Shown here piece after piece: positions 28,766 to 43,053 of a DNA stretch of 64,000 nucleotides. Position 1 is the first letter of the stretch; each line of letters starts with the position of its first letter. The notes under the pieces are model-generated. The model saw nothing but the letters and a program-made list of their open reading frames with translations, searched no databases and was not told the origin of the DNA. Position numbers and translations under genes: made by a program. The stretch spans positions 82,650 to 146,649 of the forward strand of contig CAVSPO010000014.1 in assembly GCA_963730005.1 (NCBI GenBank). The letters are read 5' to 3'. This stretch comes from an uncultured Actinomycetota bacterium. GTDB lineage: Bacteria > Actinomycetota > Actinomycetes > Propionibacteriales > Propionibacteriaceae.

Positions 28766-29896
28766 TTGAACATCCATCTGTATACCTGGATCATCACCGT
28801 GGTGGTGCTCTTGGGAGTGTTGCTGTTCGATGCCCTGGTGATCGGCAACAAGCCGCACGTGCCGCCCGCCGCCGAGTGCGCCAAGGCGATCGCGCTGTAC
28901 AGCACGATGGCCGTTCTGTTCGGTCTGGGGCTGTGGTATTTCGCAGGCACCCAGTACATGACCGAGTTCTACGCGGGCTGGCTGACCGAGTACAGCCTGA
29001 GCTTGGACAACCTGTTCATCTTCATGATCATCATGCAGCGCAACAAGGTGCCGGCGAAGCTGCAGCAGTTCGCCTTGATGTTCGGGATCATGCTGGCCAT
29101 CCTTTTCCGCGGCGTGTTCATCGCGTTGGGAGCCGCCCTGATCTCGAAGTTCGTCTGGGTGTTCTTCCTGTTCGGCGGCTACCTGCTGTACACGGCCTGG
29201 GGGCTGGCCAAGGAATACCTGGACAAGCGCAGCGGCCACGAGCCCGAGTACGAGGACTCAGCCGCCATCAAGTGGTTGAAGTCGAGGATGGGCGCCAGCG
29301 GGACGTGGGACGGTACCCGCTTCTTCACCCGGATCGACGGCAAGAAGGCCGCGACCAACATGTTCTTCGTGGTTGCGGCCCTGGGCTCCACCGACCTGAT
29401 GTTCGCGCTCGACTCGATCCCGGCCATCTATGGCCTGACCCAAGAGCCCTACATCGTGTTCGCCGCCACGGTCTTTGCACTGATGGGGCTGCGGCAGCTC
29501 TACTTCCTGATCGGTCATGCGCTTGAGAAGCTCGTCTACCTGCCGGTGGGGTTGTCGTTCCTGCTCACCTTCATCGGTGTCAAGCTGATCCTGCACGCCC
29601 TGCACGAGAACCACCTGTCATTCATCAACGGCGGCCAGCCGGTGCCGGTGCCCGAGATCTCCATCGGGGTTTCGCTGGGCACGATCGTCGCCACCCTTGC
29701 GATCACCGCGATCGCCAGCCTGTGGCAAAACCGTGTACAGAATCGAGAGCCGGCAGTCGCTGCGGTTGGCGCCGATGCAGCGGTGGACGGTTCCCGCAAC
29801 ACCGCCGAGACCAAGGGCGCGGCCGCTGACGGGCAGGACCTGTCCGCCACGTCGGGCCCGGGGAGTCAGCCTGCCGGTGGCCCGGCCGGCGACTGA
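28766..29896 (+). CDS. TerC-family integral membrane protein
   Basis: Multi-TM protein with the TerC hallmark EYSLSLDNLFIF and a second DSIPAI motif. TTG 28766 with GGAGG 5 nt upstream is preferred over track TTG 28712. Low-complexity C-terminal tail. Confidence 0.88.
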   Translation: MNIHLYTWIITVVVLLGVLLFDALVIGNKPHVPPAAECAKAIALYSTMAVLFGLGLWYFAGTQYMTEFYAGWLTEYSLSLDNLFIFMIIMQRNKVPAKLQQFALMFGIMLAILFRGVFIALGAALISKFVWVFFLFGGYLLYTAWGLAKEYLDKRSGHEPEYEDSAAIKWLKSRMGASGTWDGTRFFTRIDGKKAATNMFFVVAALGSTDLMFALDSIPAIYGLTQEPYIVFAATVFALMGLRQLYFLIGHALEKLVYLPVGLSFLLTFIGVKLILHALHENHLSFINGGQPVPVPEISIGVSLGTIVATLAITAIASLWQNRVQNREPAVAAVGADAAVDGSRNTAETKGAAADGQDLSATSGPGSQPAGGPAGD

Positions 29897-29930
29897 CAGC
29901 TCAACAGCTGAGCCCTGCTCACAACCGGTA

Positions 29931-29966
29931 GCGGCTGCCCGGAACCCACTGGTTCCTGGCAGCCGC
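29931..29966. terminator. Hairpin between convergent TerC gene and MBL hydrolase gene
   Basis: GCGGCTGCCCGGAACC / GGTTCCTGGCAGCCGC: 15 of 16 bp paired, 4-nt loop, followed by TTCC. Confidence 0.6.
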
Positions 29967-29989
29967 TTCCTGGTGGGTTTGGGGGCTGC

Positions 29990-30643
29990 TCACCAGGCCC
30001 TGGCTCGCCACTGCTCAAGGTGGGGGCGCTCGACCCCCAGGGTGGTGGCGTCGCCGTGGCCTGGGTGGATCACCGTGGCATCCGGGAAGCGATCGAACAG
30101 GTGGTGCTGGACATCGTCCAGCAGAGAGTTGAAGTCGGCAGCCGTGGCCGTCTTGCCAACTCCGCCCGGGAACAGCGCGTCACCGACCAACACATGAGCA
30201 GGAGTCCCGGGCAGCACCAGGGCGATGGACCCCGGAGTGTGCCCGACGAGCCCCAGCACCGGCAGTGCGGTGGCTCCGCAGGCAATGGTCTCGCCCGTCC
30301 AGACGCGATGTTGAGTCACGCCCGTGGCCCGCTCGATGGCGTCGGCGTCGGGGGCGCCACACAAAGCCGTGGCGCCCAGGGCCTGCACGACGGCCGCCAG
30401 CGCCTGTACATGGTCGGGATGGCGATGGGTGGTGACGACCGTGGACACCCGGCGAGCGCCGATCCAGTCCAGAATCAGCTGCGGGTTGGCGGGGGCGTCC
30501 ACCAGGATGGCGTCGCCATCGGCGGGCAGCACCAGATAGCTGTTGTTGTCGTAGTCGCTGACCGACCGCTTCTCGCAGCGCAGGGTGGGCGAGATGTCGA
30601 AGGTGAGGGCTGAGCCGCCTGGGCTGACGTGGAAGCTTGTCAT
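29990..30643 (-). CDS. MBL-fold metallo-hydrolase (glyoxalase II-like)
   Basis: THRHPDH (HxHxDH) motif, GHTPGS, GDALF and HPGHG metal ligands. TAGGCT hexamer (minus strand, 30650-30655) lies 6 nt upstream of the ATG. Confidence 0.88.
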   Translation of the reverse strand: MTSFHVSPGGSALTFDISPTLRCEKRSVSDYDNNSYLVLPADGDAILVDAPANPQLILDWIGARRVSTVVTTHRHPDHVQALAAVVQALGATALCGAPDADAIERATGVTQHRVWTGETIACGATALPVLGLVGHTPGSIALVLPGTPAHVLVGDALFPGGVGKTATAADFNSLLDDVQHHLFDRFPDATVIHPGHGDATTLGVERPHLEQWRARAW

Positions 30644-30680
30644 GGCTTCAGCCTAGGGTCCTGACGTTGGGCTCAGTTTC

Positions 30681-31412
30681 TCAGCGTGTGAACACAGGCA
30701 GGCCACGCGCGGTGACGTCGTCCTCGGGCAGCCGCGCGGTGATCCAGCCGAGCAGCCAACTGTCGCTCTCCAGCACCTGAACCGGCTCACCGGGGGCACC
30801 CAGCCTGGCTGAGAAGCCCGAGTCAGAGAGGATTTCGACGGCCGGGAAGTCGGCTCGTTCGCCGATCCAGAAGGCGTTCCACTCCAGCAGCCAGCGTGCG
30901 ATGTCCTCGTCGACGTGATCGATGCCGAACCCGCAGTCCAGATCGACATGGTGCAGCACCACCTCGTTGAGCCTGGCCAGCGGCAGCAGGTCGACGCGCA
31001 CCCAGCGCCCCGCCGGGAGCTCCACCGCGGTCTCGCCGGGAACCTCAGCAATAGCGTCCAAGGCTGCACTCAAGCGGCCAGCGGTGGTGTCCAGATCGAT
31101 CTGCAGGTCCAGGGCGCCTCGCTCGGACCCCCGTTCGATGTCGCGCTGGCGCTCCCGGTCAGAGCCGTACATCCGGGTTGGAACGCCAGTGCTCACGCCA
31201 TGGATCAGTCTGATCAGCCCGTCGGCGTTGCGAGCCAGGTGAGTAGCCACGTGGGCGCGCGTCCATCCCGGCAACAGGCTCGGGTGCTGCCAGTCGTCCT
31301 CGGAGATGGCGATGGTGCTGCCCAGCAGGCTCTGGGTGGCTTCGAGTTTGCGTTTGCGGACGGCGACGACATCGTGGGGCAGCAACGCTTGGCGCTCCAG
31401 GGCATCCGTCAT
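30681..31412 (-). CDS. Maleylpyruvate isomerase-family, mycothiol-dependent enzyme (DinB/MDMPI N-terminal domain)
   Basis: N-terminal DinB-like helix bundle with WTRAHVATHLARNADGL and a C-terminal MDMPI-like region. TAAGCT hexamer (minus strand, 31419-31424) lies 6 nt upstream of the ATG. Confidence 0.75.
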   Translation of the reverse strand: MTDALERQALLPHDVVAVRKRKLEATQSLLGSTIAISEDDWQHPSLLPGWTRAHVATHLARNADGLIRLIHGVSTGVPTRMYGSDRERQRDIERGSERGALDLQIDLDTTAGRLSAALDAIAEVPGETAVELPAGRWVRVDLLPLARLNEVVLHHVDLDCGFGIDHVDEDIARWLLEWNAFWIGERADFPAVEILSDSGFSARLGAPGEPVQVLESDSWLLGWITARLPEDDVTARGLPVFTR

Positions 31413-31468
31413 GTGTTCAGCTTAGGGCAACCGCCCCACGCTCTTGCGGGCGCTGGTGGCGTCGAACG

Positions 31469-31490
31469 TGTCGGATGACCGACCTACCAT
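31469..31490 (+). promoter_or_regulatory. RecA-NDp/PafBC-like promoter for uvrA (TGTCGGAT-N8-TACCAT), leaderless spacing
   Basis: 8-mer at 31469-31476, spacer GACCGACC, hexamer at 31485-31490, then 6 nt to the GTG at 31497. No -35-like hexamer. Confidence 0.5.
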
Positions 31491-31496
31491 GAAGGG

Positions 31497-34541
<3,045 letters not shown>

Positions 34542-34542
34542 G

Positions 34543-36516
34543 ATGGCCGACCCGGCGAGCTACCGCCCGGCACCCGGTTCGATCCCCACCGATCCGGGCG
34601 TCTACCGCTACCTGGATCAGTACGGTCAGGTGATCTACGTCGGCAAGGCGAAGAACCTGCGCAACCGTCTGAACAGCTACTTCGCCGACCCGTCAGCGCT
34701 GCACCCGCGAACCCAGACCATGCTGGCCACCGCGTGCCGGGTGGAATGGACAGTGGTCCGCAATGAGCTGGAGTCCCTGCAGCTGGAATACACCTGGATC
34801 AAGCAGTACGACCCGCGCTTCAACATCAAGTACCGCGACGACAAGAGCTACCCGTGGCTGTGCCTGACCTGGAGCGAGGAGTACCCGCGGGTCTTCGTGG
34901 GTCGTGGGGCCAAACGCAAGGGTTGGCGTTATTTCGGTCCTTTCGGTCACGCCTGGGCGATCCGCGACACCGTCGACCTGCTGCTGCGGGTGTTCCCCAT
35001 GCGGTCTTGTTCCTCCGGCGTCTTCAAGAACGCGCGGGCGGCTGGGCGGCCCTGCCTGCTGGGGTACATCGGCAAGTGTTCGGCACCTTGTGTCGGCCGG
35101 ATCACCCCCGAGGCGCATCGCGAAATCGTGGCGGATCTGGCCAGCTTCATGGAGGGGCATTCCCGCCAGCTGGAGCACAAACTGACCACCGCCATGCGGG
35201 CGGCCAGCGACAGTCTCGAGTTCGAACGCGCGGCGGTGCTGCGTGACTCACTCGAGGCGCTGCGGCTGGCCACCGAGCAGAACGCGATCGTGCTGCCGGA
35301 CGGCACTGACGCTGACGTGATTGCCCTTGCAGAGGACCCTCTCGAGGTGTCGGTGCAGATCTTCAGGGTGCGCGGCGGGCGGGTGCGGGGTGAACGCGGC
35401 TGGGTTGCCGACCGTGCCGACGACTCCGGGACCGCCGAACTGGTCGAGAGCTTCCTCTTGCAGCTGTATTCCGAGGAGGCAGGCACAGCCGAGTCGAACA
35501 TCCCACGCGAGGTGCTGGTGCCGGTGATGCCCGCCTCGGGGCAGACCCTCGCCGAACTGCTCAGCGAGGAGCGGGGCTCGAGGGTCAGCCTGCGGGTGCC
35601 GCAACGTGGCGACAAGAAGGCGTTGCTGGAAACGGTGGCACGCAACGCCGCCGAGTCGCTGGCCAGGCACAAGACCAAGCGTGCGTCCGACCTGTCGACG
35701 CGCAACCGCGCGCTGGAGGAGCTCGCGGTGGCACTCGACCTGCCCACCGCCCCACTGCGTATCGAGTGTTACGACATCAGTCACACCCAGGGCAGCGAAG
35801 TGGTGGGCTCCATGGTCGTCTTCGAGGACGGATTGCCGCGCAAGAGCGAGTATCGACGCTTCATCATCAAGGGATTCGAGGGCAGCAACGACACCGCGGC
35901 CATGGACGAGGTGCTCTCGCGTCGGTTCCGCCGCATGCTCGATGACAGGGCGGCTCTCCAGGCTGCCGGCGGGCCCGGCGAGGACGGCCCAGCGCTGGTT
36001 GACCCGGTCACCGGAGTGCCCCTCAAGTTCGCCTACGCCCCGTCGCTGGTGGTCGTCGATGGCGGGCTGCCACAGGTGAACGCCGCCCAGCGGGTGCTCG
36101 ACCGGCTCGGGCTGGCCGAGATCGCGCTGTGCGGTCTGGCCAAGCGGCTGGAGGAGGTCTGGCTGCCGCACGAGGACTATCCGGTGATCCTCCCGCGGGC
36201 CGGCGAAGGGCTTTTCCTTCTGCAGCGGGTGCGCGACGAGGCGCACCGATTCGCCATCAGCCACCACCGCGGTCGTCGCAGCAAGGCCATGATCGAGTCG
36301 CTGCTGGACGGAGTGCCCGGTCTGGGCGAGGTGCGACGCAAGACCCTGTTGAAGTACTTCGGCAGCCAGCAGAAGCTCCGCGCTGCAACCCTGGAGGAGC
36401 TGGCGGCGCTCCCCGGCTTCGGTCCCGGGACTGCCCGCGCTGTCCGCGATGCCCTCGACCGTCAGCGTGCGACGGAGGCGATCAACGTCAGCACCGGAGA
36501 GGTCATCAGCGGCTGA
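34543..36516 (+). CDS. uvrC: Excinuclease ABC subunit C
   Basis: GIY-YIG domain ([25 protein letters not shown]), UVR domain, RNase H-like endonuclease domain, (HhH)2 C-terminus. ATG 34543 lies just after the uvrA stop. Track GTG 34528 is an alternative. Confidence 0.95.
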   Translation: MADPASYRPAPGSIPTDPGVYRYLDQYGQVIYVGKAKNLRNRLNSYFADPSALHPRTQTMLATACRVEWTVVRNELESLQLEYTWIKQYDPRFNIKYRDDKSYPWLCLTWSEEYPRVFVGRGAKRKGWRYFGPFGHAWAIRDTVDLLLRVFPMRSCSSGVFKNARAAGRPCLLGYIGKCSAPCVGRITPEAHREIVADLASFMEGHSRQLEHKLTTAMRAASDSLEFERAAVLRDSLEALRLATEQNAIVLPDGTDADVIALAEDPLEVSVQIFRVRGGRVRGERGWVADRADDSGTAELVESFLLQLYSEEAGTAESNIPREVLVPVMPASGQTLAELLSEERGSRVSLRVPQRGDKKALLETVARNAAESLARHKTKRASDLSTRNRALEELAVALDLPTAPLRIECYDISHTQGSEVVGSMVVFEDGLPRKSEYRRFIIKGFEGSNDTAAMDEVLSRRFRRMLDDRAALQAAGGPGEDGPALVDPVTGVPLKFAYAPSLVVVDGGLPQVNAAQRVLDRLGLAEIALCGLAKRLEEVWLPHEDYPVILPRAGEGLFLLQRVRDEAHRFAISHHRGRRSKAMIESLLDGVPGLGEVRRKTLLKYFGSQQKLRAATLEELAALPGFGPGTARAVRDALDRQRATEAINVSTGEVISG

Positions 36517-36537
36517 CCCGGTGCGAGCGCGGAAAGC

Positions 36538-36546
36538 TGGAATAAT
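36538..36546 (+). promoter_or_regulatory. Putative extended -10 (TGG-AATAAT) placed for a leaderless rapZ mRNA
   Basis: TGn at 36538-36540, hexamer AATAAT at 36541-36546, then 6 nt to GTG 36553. That GTG is the only non-CTG start in the ORF upstream of the P-loop. Confidence 0.35.
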
Positions 36547-36552
36547 CGACAC

Positions 36553-37497
36553 GTGAGCCAACAGTGTGAGGGACCCCGCGAGCCCATCGTCGAGCAGAGC
36601 GCCGGGCTGGCCGCCGACCCGGCAGCTGCCGGCGGTTCTTCCCGAAAGCCCCGGGTCGTCATCGTCACCGGCATGTCCGGCGCCGGCAGACGCTCGGTGT
36701 TGCACGTGCTCGAGGACCTGGGATGGTTCGTGGTGGACAACCTGCCGCCTGAGATGCTTCCGGAGCTGGTTCAGGTCAGCGCTCAGGACAAGGTCGGCCG
36801 GCTCGCCGTCGGGCTCGATGTTCGCAGCCGTTCCGGTTTCGACAAGCTGCCGACCGTTCGGGCCCAGCTTGCTGCCGAGGGCGTCGACCCCGAGGTGCTG
36901 TTCCTGGAAGCCAGCGACCAGGCGATCGTGCGGCGCCAGGAGTCGGTGCGCAGGCCGCTGCCCATGCAGCTGGACGGCACCTTGTTGCAGGGCATCGCAC
37001 GTGAGCGGCGGATGCTGGCCGAGCTGCGTGCCGAAGCAGACATCGTGATGGACACCTCCGACACGACGGTGCACCAACTGGCCCAGCGGGTGATCAACAT
37101 CTACAGCGCCGAGCCCGACACCCGCCTCACCTTGCAGGTGATGAGCTTCGGGTTCAAGAACGGCGTCCCGATCGACGCCGACCTGGTGTTCGACGTGCGT
37201 TTCCTGCCCAACCCGCACTGGGTTCCCGAGCTGCGGCCGCAGACCGGGTTGTCGCAGGCTGTCAGTGGTTACGTGCTGGCCCAGCCTGGCGCCCCAGAGT
37301 GGCTTGACCTGATCGAGTCCCTGCTGGTCACCATGGAGCCGGGCTACCTGCGGGAACACAAACGGCAGGCCACTGTGGCAGTTGGGTGCACGGGTGGCAA
37401 GCACCGGTCAACGGCGATGGCGGAGGCCCTGGCGAAGCGGTTGCGTGGCAAGGATCTCAACGTGACGGTGTTGCACCGCGACCTCGGGAGGGAGTGA
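36553..37497 (+). CDS. rapZ: RNase adapter protein RapZ (YvcJ family nucleotide-binding protein)
   Basis: VVIVTGMSGAGRRSVLHVLEDLGWFVVDNLP P-loop region and C-terminal CTGGKHRS motif. Confidence 0.93.
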   Translation: MSQQCEGPREPIVEQSAGLAADPAAAGGSSRKPRVVIVTGMSGAGRRSVLHVLEDLGWFVVDNLPPEMLPELVQVSAQDKVGRLAVGLDVRSRSGFDKLPTVRAQLAAEGVDPEVLFLEASDQAIVRRQESVRRPLPMQLDGTLLQGIARERRMLAELRAEADIVMDTSDTTVHQLAQRVINIYSAEPDTRLTLQVMSFGFKNGVPIDADLVFDVRFLPNPHWVPELRPQTGLSQAVSGYVLAQPGAPEWLDLIESLLVTMEPGYLREHKRQATVAVGCTGGKHRSTAMAEALAKRLRGKDLNVTVLHRDLGRE

Positions 37498-38450
37498 TGG
37501 CGTTCTCCAGCAGGCTCCCATCGGTCACTGCGATGGGAGGCGGCCACGGCTTGCACGCGTCGCTGAGCGCGCTGCGGCAGGTCACCGACCGGCTCACTGC
37601 GGTGGTCACGGTCGCTGACGACGGTGGGTCGTCCGGGCGGCTTCGCGAGGAATTCGACGGGCTGCCACCCGGTGACCTGCGGATGGCCCTGGCCGCGTTG
37701 TGCGGCAGCGACCGTTCGGGCCGGCGATGGGCCGACGTGCTGCAGTCCAGGTTCCACAGTGCCGGGCCGCTCAACGGGCACGCCATCGGCAACCTGCTGA
37801 TCGAGGGGGTCTGGCAGAATCTCGGCGATGCGGTCGCCGGCCTGGACATGGTGGGCAGTCTGCTGGAGGCCCGGGGCCGAGTGCTGCCGATGTCCCTCAC
37901 ACCACTCAGCATCGAGGCCGACGTGGTGGGGCTGAATCCCGTGACTCCTGACGAGGTGGTCACCCTGCGGGGCCAGTCGCTGGTCGCGAAGACCCGGGGT
38001 GAGGTGCGCAGCGTACGGTTGGTGCCACCCGATCCGCCCGCCTGCCCGGAGGCGGTGGCCGCGCTTCGCTCCAGCGATTTCATCGTGCTGGGGCCGGGGT
38101 CGTGGTTCACCTCGGTGATACCGCACCTGTTGGTTCCCGAACTCGCTGACGCCGTCATCTCGTCGCGCAGTCGCAAGGTCGTCACGCTCAACATTGCTCC
38201 CGCCGACGAGACCGAGGGATTCTCCGCAGTCCGCCACATCGAGCTGCTGGCCGAGCACGCACCCCAACTGCGGCCCGATGTGGTGATCGCTGATCGTCGG
38301 TTCGCCGCGGGCGACGCCCACCTCGATGCGTATCTCGCCGATCTGGGCGCCCAACTGGTTGTGGCCGACGTGGCGATGCGTGATGGTTCCGCCCGCCACG
38401 ACCCGCTGCGACTGGCGGCTGTCTATCGTGAAGTGCTGCTGACCGGGTGA
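37497..38450 (+). CDS. yvcK: YvcK/CuvA-family gluconeogenesis/cell-shape factor (CofD-like, UDP-sugar binding)
   Basis: AMGGGHGL and [12 protein letters not shown] motifs. ATG 37497 shares its A with the rapZ TGA. Track start 37386 lies inside rapZ. Confidence 0.9.
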   Translation: MAFSSRLPSVTAMGGGHGLHASLSALRQVTDRLTAVVTVADDGGSSGRLREEFDGLPPGDLRMALAALCGSDRSGRRWADVLQSRFHSAGPLNGHAIGNLLIEGVWQNLGDAVAGLDMVGSLLEARGRVLPMSLTPLSIEADVVGLNPVTPDEVVTLRGQSLVAKTRGEVRSVRLVPPDPPACPEAVAALRSSDFIVLGPGSWFTSVIPHLLVPELADAVISSRSRKVVTLNIAPADETEGFSAVRHIELLAEHAPQLRPDVVIADRRFAAGDAHLDAYLADLGAQLVVADVAMRDGSARHDPLRLAAVYREVLLTG

Positions 38451-38502
38451 GCGCCGGAACACCCCCGAAACCCTGTCCGAACGGATGTGGGAGGATTCAG
38501 GC

Positions 38503-39489
38503 ATGGCTCTGACTCAACAGGTGAAGTCCGAACTGGCCACCATCAAGGTCGTCAAACCGGACGCGCGGCGCGCCGAGGTGGCCGCGATGCTGCGCTTTGC
38601 GGGTGGGTTGCACCTGGTCAGCGGCCACATCGTGATCGAGGCCGAGTTCGACACCGGAGCAGGTGCGCGTCGGTTGCGCACCGCCCTGCGTGAGCTGTAC
38701 GGCTTCGACTCGGAGCTGCTGGTGATCAACAGCTCCGGCATCAAGCGGGGCACCCGTTACGTGGTGCGCCTGGTGCGTGACGGTGAATCGCTGTCCCGCC
38801 AGGTTGGCCTGATCGACGCCCACGGCAGGCCGGTTCGGGGGCTGCCCAGCCAGATCATCGGCGGTGGGGTGGCTGAGCAGGTGGCAGCCTGGCGGGGCGC
38901 CTTCATCGCTCGGGGTTCGCTGACCGAACCGGGCCGTTCGATGTCGCTGGAGGTGACCTGCCCGAGCTCCGAGGCAGCGCTGGCCCTGGTGGGCTGCGCC
39001 CGTCGTCTGGAGATCCCCGCGAAGGCCCGCGAGGTTCGCAGCGTCGATCGGGTGGTGATCCGTGACGGTGATGCCATCAGCGCCATGCTGACCCGGATGG
39101 GTGCCCACGACACAGTGCTGGCGTGGGAGGAACGGCGAATGCGCCGCGAGGTGCGAGCCTCGGTGAATCGACTGGCAAATTTCGACGACGCGAATCTGCG
39201 TCGTTCGGCGCAAGCGGCGGTCACCGCTGGAGCCCGGGTGGAGCGCGCCCTGGCGATCCTGGGCGATGAAGTGCCTGACCACTTGAAGGCGGCTGGGTTG
39301 TTGCGGCTGGAGAACAAGCAGGCCAGCCTCGAGGAACTGGGCCAGATGCACAACCCGCCGTTGACCAAGGACGCGATCGCCGGACGGATCCGCAGGCTGC
39401 TGGCGATGGCCGACAAACTGGCCGCCGATCTTGGGATCCCCAGCACTGAGGCCGCTCTCACTGCGGATCTGTTCGACGAAACCGACTGA
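38503..39489 (+). CDS. whiA: Sporulation/cell-division transcription factor WhiA
   Basis: [12 protein letters not shown]-terminus, LAGLIDADG-like domains, C-terminal HTH ([24 protein letters not shown]). GGGAGGA SD upstream of ATG 38503. Confidence 0.94.
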   Translation: MALTQQVKSELATIKVVKPDARRAEVAAMLRFAGGLHLVSGHIVIEAEFDTGAGARRLRTALRELYGFDSELLVINSSGIKRGTRYVVRLVRDGESLSRQVGLIDAHGRPVRGLPSQIIGGGVAEQVAAWRGAFIARGSLTEPGRSMSLEVTCPSSEAALALVGCARRLEIPAKAREVRSVDRVVIRDGDAISAMLTRMGAHDTVLAWEERRMRREVRASVNRLANFDDANLRRSAQAAVTAGARVERALAILGDEVPDHLKAAGLLRLENKQASLEELGQMHNPPLTKDAIAGRIRRLLAMADKLAADLGIPSTEAALTADLFDETD

Positions 39490-39615
39490 GGCACACCCCG
39501 AGCCGATTCTCACGCAATGACTGCGGGGCGGCGTTGCGGCGCGGTAACGGATAGAATCAGCATCGTCCGAATACTCCGAACCCGGACCGGGAAAACGTCA
39601 AAGGGGATTCATTAA

Positions 39616-40623
<1,008 letters not shown>

Positions 40624-40653
40624 CCTCCACCCCCCTCGATCGAAAGGCTTGAA

Positions 40654-41862
40654 GTGAAGTCAGTACAGGACCTTGGCGACCTTCGTGGCAAGCGTGTCGT
40701 CATTCGTTGCGATTTCAATGTGCCGCTGGACGGCGACACCATCACCGACGATGGGCGGATCAAGGCCGCCCTGCCGACGTTGAACAAGTTGCGTGACGCA
40801 GGTGCCAAGGTCACTGTGCTGGCCCACCTCGGCCGCCCCAAGGGGCAGGTCAACCCGAAGTATTCGCTCGCCCCGGTGGCCAAGCGGCTCGGTGAGCTGC
40901 TCGGCGCCGAGGTGAAGCTGGCTGGGGACGTGGTCGGCGAGTCCGCCATCGCCTTGTCCCAGGGCCTCGCCGACGGCGAGATCTGCCTTGTCGAGAACGT
41001 GCGTTATGAGCCTGCAGAAGAGAGCAAGGTCGAGCAGGAGCGCGTCGACCTGGCCAACAAGTACGCCAGTCTCGGCGACATCTTCGTCTCCGATGGCTTC
41101 GGCGTCGTGCACCGCAAGCAGGCCTCCGTCTACGACATCGCCAAGTTGCTGCCGAACGCAGCCGGCGATCTCGTGAAGAAGGAGGTCGACGTGATGCGCA
41201 AGCTGGTGACCGAGCCGGATCGTCCCTTCGTGGTCGTGTTGGGCGGCGCCAAGGTGGCCGACAAGCTTGCCGTCATCGACAACCTGCTCAAGATCGCCGA
41301 CGTGCTGGTGATCGGCGGCGGCATGGCCTACACCTTCCTCAAGGCCCAGGGCCACGAGGTCGGCAAGTCCCTCGTCGACGAGGCCAACATCGAAACCTGC
41401 AAGGGGTACCTGGAGGCCGCCAAGGCCGCCGGCAAGCAGGTTCTGCTGCCGGTTGACCAGCGGGTCGCCAAGGACGTCGACTTCGGCGCCCACACGGTTT
41501 CCGAGGTCACCGTCGTCGCCAGCGACGCAATCCCGGCCGACCAGCAGGGCCTGGACATCGGTCCGCAGACCGAGAAACTCTTCGCCGACACCATCAGGAA
41601 CGCCAGCAGCGTCTTCTGGAACGGCCCGATGGGCGTCTTCGAGATCGAGGCGCTGTCGTCGGGCACCCGGGCGGTGGCCAAGGCGCTGACTGAGGTGGAC
41701 GGCCTCACTGTTGTCGGCGGCGGCGACTCCGCCGCTGCCGTGCGCGAGTTCGGTTACGCAGAGAAGGACTTCGGTCACATCAGCACCGGCGGTGGCGCCT
41801 CCCTCGAGTACATGGAAGGCAAGCAGCTTCCGGGTCTCTCGGTTCTGGAGGGCGACAAGTGA
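40654..41862 (+). CDS. pgk: Phosphoglycerate kinase
   Basis: RCDFNVPL N-terminal motif and [10 protein letters not shown]-terminal motif. GTG start. Confidence 0.96.
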   Translation: MKSVQDLGDLRGKRVVIRCDFNVPLDGDTITDDGRIKAALPTLNKLRDAGAKVTVLAHLGRPKGQVNPKYSLAPVAKRLGELLGAEVKLAGDVVGESAIALSQGLADGEICLVENVRYEPAEESKVEQERVDLANKYASLGDIFVSDGFGVVHRKQASVYDIAKLLPNAAGDLVKKEVDVMRKLVTEPDRPFVVVLGGAKVADKLAVIDNLLKIADVLVIGGGMAYTFLKAQGHEVGKSLVDEANIETCKGYLEAAKAAGKQVLLPVDQRVAKDVDFGAHTVSEVTVVASDAIPADQQGLDIGPQTEKLFADTIRNASSVFWNGPMGVFEIEALSSGTRAVAKALTEVDGLTVVGGGDSAAAVREFGYAEKDFGHISTGGGASLEYMEGKQLPGLSVLEGDK

Positions 41863-42653
41863 CCAGGCGGCCGATGATCGCAGGCAACTGGAAGATGAAC
41901 CTCAACCATGTTGAGGCCGTCGCTCTGGTGCAGAAGCTCGCCTGGAATCTCGCGGACCACGATTGGGACCCCGAGAAGTCAGAGTGCGTGGTGTTCCCGC
42001 CTTTCACTGATCTGCGCACCGTGCAGACGCTGGTGGAGGGCGACGAACTGGGGATCAGCTACGGTGCCCAGGACCTCTCGCAGCACGACAACGGCGCCTT
42101 CACCGGCGACGTGTCGGGGGACATGCTGGTCAAGCTTGGCTGCAAGTATGTGATCATCGGTCACAGCGAGCGCCGGCAGTATCATCTGGAGTCCGACTAC
42201 GTCGTGCACAGCAAGGTCCGGAAGGCGTTGGCCAAGGGGCTGCGTCCGGTGCTGTGTGTCGGCGAGGGTCTGGAGGTTCGGGAGCAGGGCGGGGCAGTCT
42301 CGTACTGCCTCGATCAGGTCCGTGCGGCACTGCTGGACATCCCGGTCGAGGACGCCCGCAACGTGGTCGTTGCCTACGAGCCCATCTGGGCCATCGGCAC
42401 CGGCCAGGTGGCGACCCCGGAGGACGCGCAAGAGGTCTGCGGGGCCATTCGTGAGCAGCTGCGTCGTAGCTACGGCGATGTCGCCGACAACGAGATTCGC
42501 GTGCTTTACGGCGGATCGGTGAAGTCGACGACCATCGCGGAGCTGATGTCCAAGCCGGACGTGGACGGCGCGTTGGTGGGCGGGGCCAGCCTCGATGCCA
42601 ACGAGTTCGCAGCCATCACCCGCTTCTACGCACTGCCGCAAATCCGTCAGTGA
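41859..42653 (+). CDS. tpiA: Triose-phosphate isomerase
   Basis: [16 protein letters not shown] and [11 protein letters not shown] motifs. GTGA overlap with pgk. Confidence 0.96.
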   Translation: MTRRPMIAGNWKMNLNHVEAVALVQKLAWNLADHDWDPEKSECVVFPPFTDLRTVQTLVEGDELGISYGAQDLSQHDNGAFTGDVSGDMLVKLGCKYVIIGHSERRQYHLESDYVVHSKVRKALAKGLRPVLCVGEGLEVREQGGAVSYCLDQVRAALLDIPVEDARNVVVAYEPIWAIGTGQVATPEDAQEVCGAIREQLRRSYGDVADNEIRVLYGGSVKSTTIAELMSKPDVDGALVGGASLDANEFAAITRFYALPQIRQ

Positions 42654-42675
42654 CCCTTTGCTCTGACCCTGATCA

Positions 42676-42716
42676 CAGTGGATCCACGCCCGGCCGGTCC
42701 GGATGTGGATCCACTG
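42676..42716 (+). repeat. Nested palindromes / 12-bp inverted repeat between tpiA and secG (possible terminator or attenuator, or paired operator)
   Basis: CAGTGGATCCAC (42676-42687) and GTGGATCCACTG (42705-42716). Each arm contains the self-palindrome GTGGATCCAC. The loop holds CCGGCCGG and TCCGGA. Followed by TTTC. Confidence 0.85.
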
Positions 42717-42731
42717 TTTCAGTCAGTTAGG

Positions 42732-43004
42732 ATGGCAGACGTGCTGTTGACTCCCTTGATGACCTGGCCCGTGCTCACCCTGTCCGTCGTCCTCGTCGTC
42801 CTGAGTTTGATCCTGACTGGCTTCATCCTGCTCCACAAGGGACGTGGGGGTGGTCTGTCAGACCTGTTCGGCGGTGGCATGACCACTGGTCTGAGCGGCA
42901 CGTCGGTTGCCGAACGCAATCTCGACCGGCTGACCATCATCGTAGGAATGCTGTGGGTTGCCTGCATTCTCGGGCTCAATGTGCTGTATCGCTTCGGCAG
43001 TTGA
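42732..43004 (+). CDS. secG: Preprotein translocase subunit SecG
   Basis: Small two-TM protein with LLHKGRGGGLSDLFGGG motif, after tpiA. ATG 42732 chosen within track ORF 42678..43004. GTG 42741 is an alternative. Confidence 0.88.
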   Translation: MADVLLTPLMTWPVLTLSVVLVVLSLILTGFILLHKGRGGGLSDLFGGGMTTGLSGTSVAERNLDRLTIIVGMLWVACILGLNVLYRFGS

Positions 43005-43053
43005 CCCCCTGGCAGCCCCCATCCATCATTTGATTTCTTGCTAGGAGTTTGTT

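Noticed and set aside
31462-31467. TCGAAC half of an actinobacterial LexA/SOS box upstream of uvrA.
   Set aside because: The partner half-site GTTCGA is absent 4 nt downstream (the sequence there is CGGATG), so this is not a credible LexA operator.
39552-39557. TAGAAT as the -10 of a gap promoter.
   Set aside because: It was not promoted to a feature. The hexamer is good, but no -35 or TGn element sits at a proper distance (TTGCGG is only 12 nt upstream). It is mentioned only in the gap evidence.
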